In this document: positions 1 through 10,252 of the stretch, one piece after another
Numbering within the stretch: position 1 is the first letter of the stretch
How the letters are laid out: each line of letters begins with the position of its first letter
The notes under the pieces: model-generated
Databases searched by the model: none
Told to the model about the DNA's origin: nothing
The model's input: the letters and a program-made list of their open reading frames with translations, nothing else
Translations under genes and position numbers: made by a program
Assembly (NCBI GenBank): GCA_963738405.1
Contig: CAVTWJ010000023.1
Coordinates: 128,001 to 192,000, forward strand
Direction of reading: 5' to 3'
Source of the DNA: a candidate division FCPU426 bacterium
GTDB lineage: Bacteria; Oederibacteriota; Muellerivitia; Muellerivitales; Muellerivitaceae
DNA: 64,000 bases

Positions 1-929
1 GCCACAGCTTTTTCTTGGGCTTCTTTTTCTTTTTTCTCTTGAAGGGCTTCCAAGCCTTCCTGTTCCTTCAACTTTTTCAACGCCAGTTTGTCGGCCTTTT
101 CCTGGCGCCTTTCCTTGGCGGCCATGGCATCCGACATTTCCTGGGTGATCTCGGGCAATTGGGTTTGAACATAGACCCGCAGAACATCCTTGAGGGATTT
201 CATGGGCTGGAGGTTGATGGAGCCCTGGATCTTGGACATGACTGCCTTTTCATCCATGCTTCCCCAGAAATTCCCGCTTAATTTATAGGCGGGGGTGTTA
301 TTGATGACTTCAACTTGGTTGTCGTGGATGCTGTTATTGTGAAATTCCAACTCGCCGAAGCTTTTCAGGAAAAGGCCGTAGGTGTTTTGAACAATCGTGT
401 TGAAGTTCATCGAAATCTTGTTTTTACCGTCCGAAACCAAGCCCGTGGCGTTTCCATAGATTTTGCAGCTTTTAATGGTGGCGGTGTTAACCCCTTGCAG
501 GTAAATCCCGCTTCCCTGGGTTAAATCGCTTCCCTCCAGGGCCAGTTGGGAGTCCTTGGATAAAAAGATACCCCCCACAAATTTGGCGTTTACGATATTG
601 GCGGTGCCGCCATTGAGGAAAAATTTGCTTTGAAGCCCCCCCTGGATCATGTTGAAGACAACGGGGGACGCGGCTGAACCGTGGGCCAAAAGGGTTCCAT
701 CTACTTCCAATTGGGAGGTACCCTGAAAAACCACCTGGACTCCCGGGCCGATGGAAAGCATGACGCCCTGTGGAACGGTGATATTTCCGGAAATTTGGTA
801 GGGACTTCCCGCCTGATTCCATTGGGTATCGGAAACGAGGCTGGAAGTAACCGTTGTGGCGGCGTTAAGTGAAATGGAGGTTAAAAAAAGAGGGAGACAC
901 CAAGCCAGCCAAGAGATCGTTCGCTTCAT
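1..929 (-). CDS. Secreted right-handed parallel beta-helix repeat protein (3' end beyond window)
   Basis: Manually translated from ATG at 929: MKRTISWLAWCLPLFLTSISLNAATTV...WNQAGSPYQISGNITVPQGVMLSIGPGV... It has a signal peptide, a GSPY beta-helix cap, Asn-ladder repeats and an NFWG motif. The frame is open to the left edge, so it is absent from the ORF track. Confidence 0.75.
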   Translation of the reverse strand, partial: MKRTISWLAWCLPLFLTSISLNAATTVTSSLVSDTQWNQAGSPYQISGNITVPQGVMLSIGPGVQVVFQGTSQLEVDGTLLAHGSAASPVVFNMIQGGLQSKFFLNGGTANIVNAKFVGGIFLSKDSQLALEGSDLTQGSGIYLQGVNTATIKSCKIYGNATGLVSDGKNKISMNFNTIVQNTYGLFLKSFGELEFHNNSIHDNQVEVINNTPAYKLSGNFWGSMDEKAVMSKIQGSINLQPMKSLKDVLRVYVQTQLPEITQEMSDAMAAKERRQEKADKLALKKLKEQEGLEALQEKKEKEAQEKAV

Positions 930-1044
930 AAGAGTGGAACACCCCGGAAAATAATGTTCAGACCATCCCTAAAAGCTCCGCAAAGCCCAGTTACTATAAC
1001 AAAAGAATCGTTATGAGAAAATCACAAACCAAACCAATAAAAAC

Positions 1045-1078
1045 AAAAATAAAGGGGAGAACCAAGCGGCCCTCCCCC
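1045..1078 (-). terminator. Intrinsic terminator downstream of ppdK
   Basis: GGGGAG...CTCCCC hairpin followed by a T-rich tract on the minus strand. Confidence 0.55.
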
Positions 1079-1106
1079 GTTTAAACCATAAACCCGATAG
1101 AAGAGA

Positions 1107-3917
1107 TTACTTTGAGGAATACTCCTTAGCGCCCTTCTTGGAGTTTTTCAACGCGGCTTGGGCCGCTGCCAGTCTGGCGATGGGAACCCGGTAGGGAGAA
1201 CAGGAAACGTAATTCAGCCCCACCAGATGGCAGAATTCGACGGAGTTGGGATCACCCCCATGCTCTCCGCAGATACCCACCTTGAGCTTGGGCTTGACCG
1301 ACCGGCCCTTTTCAACGCCCATTCTCACCAATTGCCCTACCCCAGCACGGTCCAAAACCTGGAAGGGGTCCTTTTCCATGACCGCGTGGTCTTGGTAGTA
1401 GCGGATAATCTTTCCGGTATCGTCCCGGGAAAATCCGAAGGTGGTCTGGGTCAGATCATTGGTGCCGAAGCTGAAGAAATCGGCTTCCTCGGCGATTTTG
1501 TCGGCAGTAACGGCCGCCCGGGGCAGCTCAATCATGGTACCGATAAGGTATTCCAGCTTAACTCCGTATTTCTTGATGGTTTCCTCAGCGATTTTAACCA
1601 CGATGGCCTTTTGATTCTTCAACTCGGCCACATCCCCAACCAAGGGGATCATGATTTCCGGAACGATTTTCTTTCCGCTTTTCACCAGCTCGCAGGCGGC
1701 CGCGATAACGGCTTCGGTCTGCATCTCGGTGATCTCCGGATAGGTAATCCCTAAGCGGCATCCGCGGTGGCCCAGCATGGGGTTGAACTCGTGGAGTTCC
1801 TCGACCCGGGACAGAAGCTTTTTGGCCTTATCCAGGTCCGATCCCCCGCCAGGCACCAACTCGAGGGCTTTTTTGATCATATCGTTGGAGGTCGAGGATT
1901 TTCCCGAGGCTTCGAGCTTGGCAATCTCTACCATCAGCTCTTCCCTTTTGGGCAGGAACTCATGCAGTGGGGGATCCAGGAAGCGGATCGTCACCGGATG
2001 GCCTTCCATCGCCTCAAAAAGACCCCTGAAGTCTGATTGCTGCATGGGCAGAAGCTTTTTCAAAGCCGCCCGGCGGGAGGCCTCGTCGGTCGCCAAAATC
2101 ATGGTCTGCATGTGGGGAAGACGGTCTTCCGCAAAAAACATGTGTTCGGTACGGCACAACCCGATTCCCTCGGCCCCAAAACCACGGGCCACCTTGGCGT
2201 CTCGGGGAATATCGGCGTTGGCGCGAACTTTGAGAGTCCGAACCGCATCCGCCCATGCCATCAGGGTTCCAAAATCCCCGGATAATTCGGGATCCACGGT
2301 CGGAACCTTACCGTGAATAACTTCACCCGTCGAACCATTGATCGAAATCCAATCACCCTCGTTAATGGTGACAGAGCCCACTGAAAACTTCCGGCCGTGC
2401 TCGTCCACCTTAATGGTTTCGCAGCCGGCCACGCAGGTTTTGCCCATTCCGCGCGCCACCACCGCCGCATGGCTGGTCATTCCGCCCCGGGCAGTGAGAA
2501 TACCCTCGGCGGCATCCATGCCATGGATGTCATCGGGAGAGGTTTCCAAACGAACCAAAATCACCTTTTTACCGTCGTTTTTCCATTCCACGGCGACGTC
2601 CGCCGTGAAAACCGCCTGGCCGGTAGCGGCCCCAGGCGAGGCCGGAAGGCCCTTGGTGATCACATCTTTCTTGGCCTTGGTGTCAAACACCGGATGCAAG
2701 AGCTGGTCGAGCTGGATCGGTTCCACCCTCAAAAGGGCTTCTTCCTTGGTGATGAGCTTCTCGGCGACCAAGTCGATGGCGATCTTCACCGCCGCTGCCG
2801 CGGTGCGCTTGCCCGTGCGGGTTTGCAGCATGAAAAGCTTTCCCTTTTCAATGGTGAACTCAAAATCCTGGATGTCCCGGTAATGCTTCTCCAGTTTCTT
2901 GGTGGTGTCATACAGCTGCTTGAATACCTGGGGCATGTCCTGTTCCAGGTGGGTAATGGGCAGGGGTGTGCGCACACCAGCCACCACGTCTTCGCCCTGG
3001 GCGTTTAAAAGATACTCGCCGTAGAATTTCTTCTCACCCGTGGCAGGATTACGGGTAAAGCCGACGCCCGTTCCCGAATCGTCGCCCATATTGCCGAACA
3101 CCATGGACTGAACGTTAACAGCGGTTCCGATGTCATGGGGAATGTCGTTTTGCTTGCGGTAATAGATGGCCCGGTCATTCATCCAGGAGCGAAACACGGC
3201 GTCGCGGGCCCCGCGAAGCTGGTCCATAACATCCTGGGGAAAGTCGTGGCCCGTCTTCTCTTTGATGAGCTTCTTGAACTTCTCAACCATTTCTTTCAGG
3301 TCCGCGGCCAAGAGTTCCGTGTCAAGCTTGACGCGTTTTTCTTCCTTCATGTGGTCAATCACGCGCTCAAACACTTCCTTACCCATTTCCATCACCACGT
3401 TGCCGTACATTTGCACGAAACGGCGGTAGGAATCCCAGGCGAAGCGTTCGTTGTTGGTGGAAGCGATCAAACCCTTCACGGTCTCGTCATTCAAACCGAG
3501 GTTGAGGATAGTATCCATCATGCCCGGCATGGAAAACTTGGCGCCGGAGCGAACGGATACAAGCAGTGGATTGTTGCGGTCGCCAAACTTTTTGCCCAGA
3601 GCCTTTTCCAGCCTGGCCAAATGAACCTGCATTTCCTTGTCGATGGACTCGGGAACTTCTTTTTTGTTTTCGTAATAGATGCGGCAGGTTTCGGTCGTGA
3701 TGGTGAAACCCGGGGGGACAGGAACGCCCGCGTTGGTCATCTCGGCCAACCCTGCTCCCTTTCCGCCCAATTCGGCTTTCATGGTGCCGGTTCCTTCGGC
3801 CTTGCCGTTACCGAAGAAATAGACGAACTTGTTGGAACGCTTGGGAGCTTTGGAGGCGGAGCTTTTCGTATTCTTTTTTTCTTTATCTTTCTTGTGCTTC
3901 TTGTCTTTTTTCGACAT
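1107..3917 (-). CDS. ppdK: Pyruvate, phosphate dikinase
   Basis: LGGKGAGLAEM, SMPGMMDT, GGMTSHAAVVARG phospho-His motif, GIGLCRTEHMF and GICGEHGG. Start placed at MSKKD after a GGAGG RBS; Lys-rich N-terminal extension. Confidence 0.97.
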   Translation of the reverse strand: MSKKDKKHKKDKEKKNTKSSASKAPKRSNKFVYFFGNGKAEGTGTMKAELGGKGAGLAEMTNAGVPVPPGFTITTETCRIYYENKKEVPESIDKEMQVHLARLEKALGKKFGDRNNPLLVSVRSGAKFSMPGMMDTILNLGLNDETVKGLIASTNNERFAWDSYRRFVQMYGNVVMEMGKEVFERVIDHMKEEKRVKLDTELLAADLKEMVEKFKKLIKEKTGHDFPQDVMDQLRGARDAVFRSWMNDRAIYYRKQNDIPHDIGTAVNVQSMVFGNMGDDSGTGVGFTRNPATGEKKFYGEYLLNAQGEDVVAGVRTPLPITHLEQDMPQVFKQLYDTTKKLEKHYRDIQDFEFTIEKGKLFMLQTRTGKRTAAAAVKIAIDLVAEKLITKEEALLRVEPIQLDQLLHPVFDTKAKKDVITKGLPASPGAATGQAVFTADVAVEWKNDGKKVILVRLETSPDDIHGMDAAEGILTARGGMTSHAAVVARGMGKTCVAGCETIKVDEHGRKFSVGSVTINEGDWISINGSTGEVIHGKVPTVDPELSGDFGTLMAWADAVRTLKVRANADIPRDAKVARGFGAEGIGLCRTEHMFFAEDRLPHMQTMILATDEASRRAALKKLLPMQQSDFRGLFEAMEGHPVTIRFLDPPLHEFLPKREELMVEIAKLEASGKSSTSNDMIKKALELVPGGGSDLDKAKKLLSRVEELHEFNPMLGHRGCRLGITYPEITEMQTEAVIAAACELVKSGKKIVPEIMIPLVGDVAELKNQKAIVVKIAEETIKKYGVKLEYLIGTMIELPRAAVTADKIAEEADFFSFGTNDLTQTTFGFSRDDTGKIIRYYQDHAVMEKDPFQVLDRAGVGQLVRMGVEKGRSVKPKLKVGICGEHGGDPNSVEFCHLVGLNYVSCSPYRVPIARLAAAQAALKNSKKGAKEYSSK

Positions 3918-4089
3918 TCGACCCTCCCTGGGATATTGAGGCGGATTCAACGATGCGGACAAAAGCCAGCAAAATGGCCCTCATTGTAGCAGACGAATTT
4001 TCCTTTTCAATGACGGCAGAAAGGTACAGAACGTGACACGATAAACACTAACGCAAGAAGTTTTTATGAATTTTCAGGAGAATTTGTAC

Positions 4090-6210
4090 TCAAGGGGTGG
4101 GGGAAGACTCGTTTCCATACACTAATTTTCTGAAATCGCACAAAACCAGCAGAACCTGGGCGGCCTGAGCCAACAAAGCCAAACGGTTTTTTCGGATATT
4201 AGGTTTTTTATCCATGACCATTACCTTTTCAAAAAAGGCATGGATAGGCGGAATCAAGGTTTTCAAGTGGGTTACGACTTGGTCGTAATAATCCTGGCTG
4301 TTCGAGTCCGAATCATCAATTAAAGTTTGTGCAAACTGGATTTTCTCAAAGAGGTCTTTTTCTTCTTCTAATTTAAGCAAAGGTTTCGAAACCTTATCAG
4401 CGACGCCCTTTTCCGGAAGAATGCGCAAAACCCTCCCTGCCGCAGTGACGAGCTTCTGGAACTCGGGGTCGGATTTGTATTTTTGAACGGTTTCGGCCTT
4501 CGACACCATATCCACGAGAGTCAAGACTTTCGTCACGGCGACGGCATTGATGACGTCATAGGCCAAACCCCTTGTTTCCAAAAGGCTTTGGAGGCGGGTT
4601 TTAAGAAAATCCAAAACCTCAATGCTTTCTTTGGGTTTGGCCTTTCCACCATATTGTTTTTGAACCGCATGGACCATGTCTTCCAAGGATACGGCGTATC
4701 GATTTTCCAAAAGAATTTGAAGGACCCCCAAAGCCTGGCGCCGGAGTGCAAAAGGATCTTGAGACCCTGAAGGAATCAATCGTGCCTTGAAACAACCCAC
4801 GATGGTGTCCAACTTGTCGGCCATGCTCAAAAGGGCGGCAGGGCCCGTGGGTGGCAGCTGATCCCCTGCAAAACGGGGATAATAATGAAATTGGATCGCC
4901 TTTCCGGCCTCCGGTTTTCCCTGTTTCGCGGCATAAATGCCCCCCATGACGCCCTGAAGGCTGTTGAATTCTTTTTCTCGGATGATGTTCGTGGCCAGAT
5001 CGGCTTTGCAAAGAAGCGCGGCTTCTTCGGCATCTTTTACGGTCTCTTTCGGTAGTCCGCAGAGGGTTCCAAGTTTTTTAACCAAGCCTTCCAACCGGAT
5101 GGACTTGTCCGCCATGGTGCCTTGACCTTCCAACCAGGTAATGCCCGAAAGTTTTTCTCCCCAAGTTACCAGTGGAAGTTTCAAATCTTCGGATACAAAA
5201 AACCGGGCATCTTCCAACCTTGCCTTCAAAACCCCTTCGTTCGCCCGGATGACAACACCTTTATCCACCGGTGTGCCGTTAATGACCCCGATAAAACATG
5301 GGGCCAAATGGCCGTCGGAATCGCGCAAGGCGAAATACTTTTGGTGTTCTCTCATGGCCGTCACAATCACCTGTTCGGGCAGGTCCAGGTATTGGGGGTC
5401 AAAAGAGCCCAGGATGACATCCGGGGATTCGATCAGGTTATTCACGTCGTTTAAAAGATCCGGATCGGGGATGACCTGGATATTCTTTTCGGAAGCGGCC
5501 TGTTGAACCTTATTCCAGATCATCTGGCGGCGCTCGTCCGGGTCCGCGACCACCCCGGCCCCCCTTAACACCTCCAAATAATCACCCGCCTCCACAACGT
5601 CCAATGGCCCCAGTTTTAAGGCTCTCAGGCCCTGGGTTTCCCTGCTGCTGTAAAGGCCCGCCACTTCGAAAGGGATAATGGCATGTGAAAAGACTGCCAA
5701 AACCCAGCGGATGGGCCTGGCAAATTGGAAATCGCCGTTTCCCCAGCGCTGGACCTTGGGAAAACGGATCTTCTTGATGATCGTGGGGAACACGTCGGCC
5801 AAAATCTCGGATGTCAGCCTGCCGCCGCTTTTCTTGAGGGCCACCACCACCTCGCCCTTGGGAGTCATTTTGCGCTTCAAGGAGGCGGCGGAAACGCCCT
5901 GCGCCTTGGCAAATCCTTCCCCAGCGCGGGTGGGCAAACCGTGGGCGTCAAAGGCGATGGAAACAAGGGGGCCAGTCACTTCCTGGCTGGCTTCCGATTG
6001 AATTTCATGCATTCCTTTAAGAAATAACGCCAAGCGACGTGGCGTGTAATAGGTGTAGATCTTTTGGCAGGTCAGTTTGTGTTCTTTAAGAGAGGCTTCA
6101 GCAGCCGACACCATCTGGTCGATGGCAGGCCGTATATAGGAAGAGGGCAATTCCTCACAGCCAATCTCCAGAACCGCGTCCTTCAAGGGAGTGATGTGTT
6201 CGATGGTCAT
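4090..6210 (-). CDS. glyS: Glycine-tRNA ligase beta subunit
   Basis: LEIGCEELP, TPRRL, FARPIRW, GSQDPFALRR and C-terminal FFEKVMVM...NRLALL; follows glyQ. Confidence 0.95.
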   Translation of the reverse strand: MTIEHITPLKDAVLEIGCEELPSSYIRPAIDQMVSAAEASLKEHKLTCQKIYTYYTPRRLALFLKGMHEIQSEASQEVTGPLVSIAFDAHGLPTRAGEGFAKAQGVSAASLKRKMTPKGEVVVALKKSGGRLTSEILADVFPTIIKKIRFPKVQRWGNGDFQFARPIRWVLAVFSHAIIPFEVAGLYSSRETQGLRALKLGPLDVVEAGDYLEVLRGAGVVADPDERRQMIWNKVQQAASEKNIQVIPDPDLLNDVNNLIESPDVILGSFDPQYLDLPEQVIVTAMREHQKYFALRDSDGHLAPCFIGVINGTPVDKGVVIRANEGVLKARLEDARFFVSEDLKLPLVTWGEKLSGITWLEGQGTMADKSIRLEGLVKKLGTLCGLPKETVKDAEEAALLCKADLATNIIREKEFNSLQGVMGGIYAAKQGKPEAGKAIQFHYYPRFAGDQLPPTGPAALLSMADKLDTIVGCFKARLIPSGSQDPFALRRQALGVLQILLENRYAVSLEDMVHAVQKQYGGKAKPKESIEVLDFLKTRLQSLLETRGLAYDVINAVAVTKVLTLVDMVSKAETVQKYKSDPEFQKLVTAAGRVLRILPEKGVADKVSKPLLKLEEEKDLFEKIQFAQTLIDDSDSNSQDYYDQVVTHLKTLIPPIHAFFEKVMVMDKKPNIRKNRLALLAQAAQVLLVLCDFRKLVYGNESSPTP

Positions 6211-6213
6211 GGG

Positions 6214-7095
6214 CTATCCCCTTCCCATCAAGGGGTAACCAAGGGTTTCCCGTTCCTTCACATAGGCGGTGGCCACGGCCTTGGCCATGCCACGGACTCG
6301 GCCGATAAAGTTGGTTCTCTCAGCCACGGATATCGCGCCCCTGGCGTCCAAAAGGTTGAAAGTATGGGAAGCCTTCACAACGTAATCGTATGCCGGGGCT
6401 ACCAGGTTCAGTTCCAAAAGACGCCGCGCTTCCCCCTCGTAATCTTTGAAATGTCGTAGAAGCATCTTGGCGTTGGAATGCTCGAAGTTAAAAGCCGAGA
6501 AGGTTTTCTCGCTTTGATGAAAGATATCCCGGTAGGTCAGGTCTTTTCCCCCGTAATGGAGGTCCCACACGCTGTTGACCCCTTGGATCACGGTCGCAAT
6601 GCGCTCTAGGCCAAAGGTGATCTCGCCAGAAACAGGTTTCAGTTCCAGCCCGCCCGTCGTCTGGAAAAAAGTGAACTGGGTAATCTCGATACCATCCATC
6701 CAAACCTGCCATCCCAATCCCGAGGCCCCGAGAGTCGGTGATTCCCAGTCGTCTTCGACAAATCGGATGTCATGCTCATTCTGTTTGATCCCGATTTCTT
6801 CCAGGCTTCCCAGGTAAAGTTCCACCATGTTCTCAGGCGAGGGCTTAAGGATGATCTGGTACTGGTAGTAATGCTGCATACGGTTGGGGTTTTCGCCGTA
6901 ACGGCCGTCCTTAGGTCGGCGGCAGGGGTCCACATAGGCCACATGGAAGGGTTCGGGGCCCAAAACACGGAAAAAGGTGGCCGGATTAAAGGTTCCCGCG
7001 CCCTTTTCAAGGTCGTAGGGCTGTTGGATGACGCAGCCTTGGCGGCTCCAATATTGGTTGAGGGTAAAGATAAGTTCTTGAAACGAAAGCGGCAT
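6214..7095 (-). CDS. glyQ: Glycine-tRNA ligase alpha subunit
   Basis: [39 protein letters not shown]. Confidence 0.97.
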   Translation of the reverse strand: MPLSFQELIFTLNQYWSRQGCVIQQPYDLEKGAGTFNPATFFRVLGPEPFHVAYVDPCRRPKDGRYGENPNRMQHYYQYQIILKPSPENMVELYLGSLEEIGIKQNEHDIRFVEDDWESPTLGASGLGWQVWMDGIEITQFTFFQTTGGLELKPVSGEITFGLERIATVIQGVNSVWDLHYGGKDLTYRDIFHQSEKTFSAFNFEHSNAKMLLRHFKDYEGEARRLLELNLVAPAYDYVVKASHTFNLLDARGAISVAERTNFIGRVRGMAKAVATAYVKERETLGYPLMGRG

Positions 7096-7222
7096 ATTGG
7101 TCTCGCGTGAATCAGGATATAGCCCCAAAGGGCCACCATCATAAAGGAAAGTGCCGGAGGGGCAAAGCGGGCTTTCAAGATAATCGGGTTATTTAAAGCC
7201 CCCGCCAAAGGATTCGGGACAT

Positions 7223-7261
7223 AAAAAAAGGCCCTCGGCATAAGCCGGGAGCCTTATTTTT
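7223..7261. terminator. Intrinsic terminator, possibly bidirectional
   Basis: A-tract, AAGGCCCTCGGC-ATAA-GCCGGGAGCCTT hairpin, T-tract. Confidence 0.6.
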
Positions 7262-7272
7262 AAAGAAGCTGT

Positions 7273-7722
7273 CTAGCGCAGGGTCAAAGAAAGAAAAGCG
7301 AACTCCAAGAAAACCAATCCAAATATGAAAATAGTTCCCATGATGAACCAGCCCCAACCCTCGGTATAAGGAGCGCCCATCAGGGGTTTCTTCTCGGGCC
7401 AGACTTGGATGAAATCCCCCACGGCTGGTTCCAATTGGTCGGGCCAGGCGGGGTATAGGCAATAAACCTGGTCGTATTTCTTTTGATCGATCTTCACGGA
7501 AGCTGAAAAGAGTCCGCCAATCCTGCAGCCTGTTTGCATTTTGCCCAGGTGGTTCGAAACGGTCTGAACCTTGGCTTCATCGCCGCCCCGTGACACGATC
7601 AGTGAAACCACCGGGTAGACGGTAAATACGGCCGCAAGTCCCAGAAAAACCACCGCCAGAATGACTCCTACGATTTTCAGCGCGATAAACCGAAGGGAGT
7701 CTTTCCAATCAAACGTGGCCAT
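7273..7722 (-). CDS. Hypothetical membrane protein (two TM helices)
   Basis: Hydrophobic N- and C-terminal segments; start placed at MATFDWK. Confidence 0.7.
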   Translation of the reverse strand: MATFDWKDSLRFIALKIVGVILAVVFLGLAAVFTVYPVVSLIVSRGGDEAKVQTVSNHLGKMQTGCRIGGLFSASVKIDQKKYDQVYCLYPAWPDQLEPAVGDFIQVWPEKKPLMGAPYTEGWGWFIMGTIFIFGLVFLEFAFLSLTLR

Positions 7723-7823
7723 GGGTTTCCTTTGAAGTGGGTTTGAGGAGAAAACATTGTATCGGCGGACTTTGGAACTTCCCACCGAATTTTGGTTAAA
7801 AGAATTTCAAAAACAGAATTTTC

Positions 7824-7915
7824 ACCACCAAGTCACCAAGACACAAAGAAAAGCATTGATTACTAATCCAAAAAAACCATTTAAGTCTTTCTTGGTGCCT
7901 TGGCGTCTTGGTGGT
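7824..7915. repeat. Tandem-unit inverted repeat element (family A), copy 1
   Basis: ACCACCAAG-TCACCAAG-ACACAAAG ... CTTGGTGC-CTTGGCGT-CTTGGTGGT. Confidence 0.9.
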
Positions 7916-7945
7916 AGATAGTTTTTCTGGTTCAAAAATCTTCTT

Positions 7946-8512
7946 TTACATCATTCCCAATTGAAGCCGGGCGGCTTCGGTCATTAGGCTCTGGTTCCAG
8001 GGCGGCTCGAAGGTGACCTCCACCGCCGCCTCACGAACGCCCGGTATCCTAGCTAATTTTTCCTCGATCTCCGCCTTAAGCACCGTGGACATGCCGCAGC
8101 CGGGGGCTGTCAGGGTCATCACCACCTCCACCCTTTTGCCGCCCTCGGGATGGTCTTTGATGACGCAGCCATAAACCAGGCCCAGTTCAACGATATCCAC
8201 CGGAATTTCGGGGTCATAGCAGGTCTTGAGGGCCATTTGCACCTTCTTTTCAACCGTGGCCGAGTCCACTTCCCCCTGGTCTTTGTAGTCGATTTTGAAA
8301 ATCTTGGCTTCGGCAGGCACTTCCTTGCCCAGGGAGTCGGCGTCTTTGCCTTCGATGCGGACCAACTGGCCGTTGTCCCGTTGAACCGTGAAACTTCCGC
8401 CCAGGGTCTGGGTCAGGTAAACCTTCTCGTCTTTGAAAACCAAAGTTTCGGTTCCATAGGGAATGCTGATGGCCTTGGCGTCCCTCGTGACCGTTAAAAG
8501 TTCGTATTTCAT
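7946..8512 (-). CDS. sufT: Fe-S cluster assembly protein SufT (DUF59)
   Basis: YDPEIPVDIVELGLVY, MTLTAPGCGM, EPPW; last gene of the suf operon. Confidence 0.9.
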   Translation of the reverse strand: MKYELLTVTRDAKAISIPYGTETLVFKDEKVYLTQTLGGSFTVQRDNGQLVRIEGKDADSLGKEVPAEAKIFKIDYKDQGEVDSATVEKKVQMALKTCYDPEIPVDIVELGLVYGCVIKDHPEGGKRVEVVMTLTAPGCGMSTVLKAEIEEKLARIPGVREAAVEVTFEPPWNQSLMTEAARLQLGMM

Positions 8513-8979
8513 TCCCCACTCCCCATGCCGTCATCAGTGGATACCGGTTCTTTTTTCTCGCGAAGGGCTGCGTCCATCGTGTGCCAAGCCAGGCTGGCGC
8601 ATTTCACACGCGCGGGAAATTCCCGCACCCCCTCGAACACCTTCAGCTTGCCCAGACCCTCCGTCGAGGCTTTTTCCTGTCCAGTCACCATCTCGTGGAA
8701 TTGGTGAAACAAGTTTTCGGCTTCCCCCGTGCTCTTTCCCTTCAAGGCGTCCGTCATCATGGAAGCGGAAGCCTTGGAGATGGCGCAGCCTGATCCCTTG
8801 AACTTGATGTCCTCAATCACGCCCTTGGCATCCACCTTGAGGTTCAAGGAAATGCGGTCCCCGCAAAGGGGGTTGAAGCCGTCCGCGTGGCGGTTGGGCG
8901 ATTCCAAATCGCCGAAATTATGCGGGTGCTTTTGGTGATCCAAAATCAATTCCTGGTACAGGTCCCTTAAATCCGACAT
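8509..8979 (-). CDS. sufU: SUF system NifU-family sulfur transfer protein
   Basis: LYQELILDH, NPLCGD, GCAISKASAS, RVKCA. Confidence 0.95.
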   Translation of the reverse strand: MSDLRDLYQELILDHQKHPHNFGDLESPNRHADGFNPLCGDRISLNLKVDAKGVIEDIKFKGSGCAISKASASMMTDALKGKSTGEAENLFHQFHEMVTGQEKASTEGLGKLKVFEGVREFPARVKCASLAWHTMDAALREKKEPVSTDDGMGSGE

Positions 8980-9004
8980 GGCATCCTCTTGAGTTCGTTG
9001 ATCT

Positions 9005-10252
9005 TCATGAAAAAAGCTCCTGAGCCTTCTTTAACCCCACAACCAGAGCGTCCAAATCTTGGGTCGTGTTGTAAAGGGCCAGGGAGGCACGGGCAGTCGC
9101 CGGGATGCCGAAGCGATCCATCACCGGCTGGGCGCAATGGTGGCCCGCCCGAATCGCGATGCCTTCCTGATCCAGGATGGTTCCCAGGTCGTGGGGGTGG
9201 ATGTCGCCCAAGGTAAAAGAAAGCACCCCTGCCTTGTGGGCCGAGGTACCGATCAAGGTCAAACCGGGAATCTGCTTTAAGACCCTTGTTCCATAGGAAA
9301 GCAGGGTTTCTTCATGGGCCGCGATGGCCGGTAAGCCAATCCCAGTCACATAATCCAAGGCCGTTCCTAAGCCGATCACCTCGGCAATGGCCGGGGTGCC
9401 CGCCTCAAACTTATGGGGCGGCTTCTTATAGAGAGTCTTTTCAAAGGTGACCGAGGCAATCATGTCCCCGCCGCCCTGATAAGGGGGCATGGCATCCAAA
9501 AGGGCATATTTGCCGTACAAAACCCCAATCCCAGTGGGGCCGTAAATCTTGTGGCCGGAGAAGACATAAAAGTCGCAGTCAAGTGCCCGAACATCCACTG
9601 GAATATGGGGAACGGCCTGAGCCCCATCTACCAAAACCTTGGCGCCCTTTTCATGGGCCAGCCTTATCAGGTCCGCCACAGGGTTCACGGTTCCCAGGGC
9701 GTTTGAAACTTGGGTGAGTGCCAACATTTTGGTTTTGGGGCTCAAGAGTTCAGAGATTTTCTTTAGGTCCAGGTTGCCTTCATCGGTAATGGGGATCACC
9801 TTCAGCTTGGCGCCTTTTTCGTCGCAAATCATCTGCCAGGGAACGATGTTGGAATGGTGTTCCATTTCGGTGATCAAGACTTCATCCCCGGCCTTTAGGT
9901 TGGCTTTGCCCCAGGTTTGGGCCACCAGGTTGATGCCTTCGGTGGTTCCCCGGGTAAAAATAATTTCTTTTGCGTCGGCGGCGTTCAAGAATTTCTGAAT
10001 CTTAATCCGCGCTCCCTCATAGGCCTGGGTGGCCTGCTCGCTCAAGAAATGAACCCCCCGGTGGATATTGGCGTTTTGCTGGCAATAATAATTGTCAAGC
10101 GTCCCGATGACCGCCAGGGGTTTTTGCGTGGTGGCGGCGTTATCCAGATAAACCAGGGGTTTCCCGTGGATGGTGATCGAGAGAATCGGGAAATCATTCT
10201 TGATCTTTTGGGGGTTAAAAACCGGGGCGGTGGTTTCTTTTAGGGCGTTCAT
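9005..10252 (-). CDS. sufS: Cysteine desulfurase
   Basis: YLDNAATTQKP, SGHK PLP lysine, RAGHHCAQP. Confidence 0.96.
   Translation of the reverse strand: MNALKETTAPVFNPQKIKNDFPILSITIHGKPLVYLDNAATTQKPLAVIGTLDNYYCQQNANIHRGVHFLSEQATQAYEGARIKIQKFLNAADAKEIIFTRGTTEGINLVAQTWGKANLKAGDEVLITEMEHHSNIVPWQMICDEKGAKLKVIPITDEGNLDLKKISELLSPKTKMLALTQVSNALGTVNPVADLIRLAHEKGAKVLVDGAQAVPHIPVDVRALDCDFYVFSGHKIYGPTGIGVLYGKYALLDAMPPYQGGGDMIASVTFEKTLYKKPPHKFEAGTPAIAEVIGLGTALDYVTGIGLPAIAAHEETLLSYGTRVLKQIPGLTLIGTSAHKAGVLSFTLGDIHPHDLGTILDQEGIAIRAGHHCAQPVMDRFGIPATARASLALYNTTQDLDALVVGLKKAQELFS

Noticed and set aside
7096..7270. T-box leader upstream of glyQ
   Set aside because: No T-box consensus or stem I is visible; the hairpin fits a terminator of the upstream gene.
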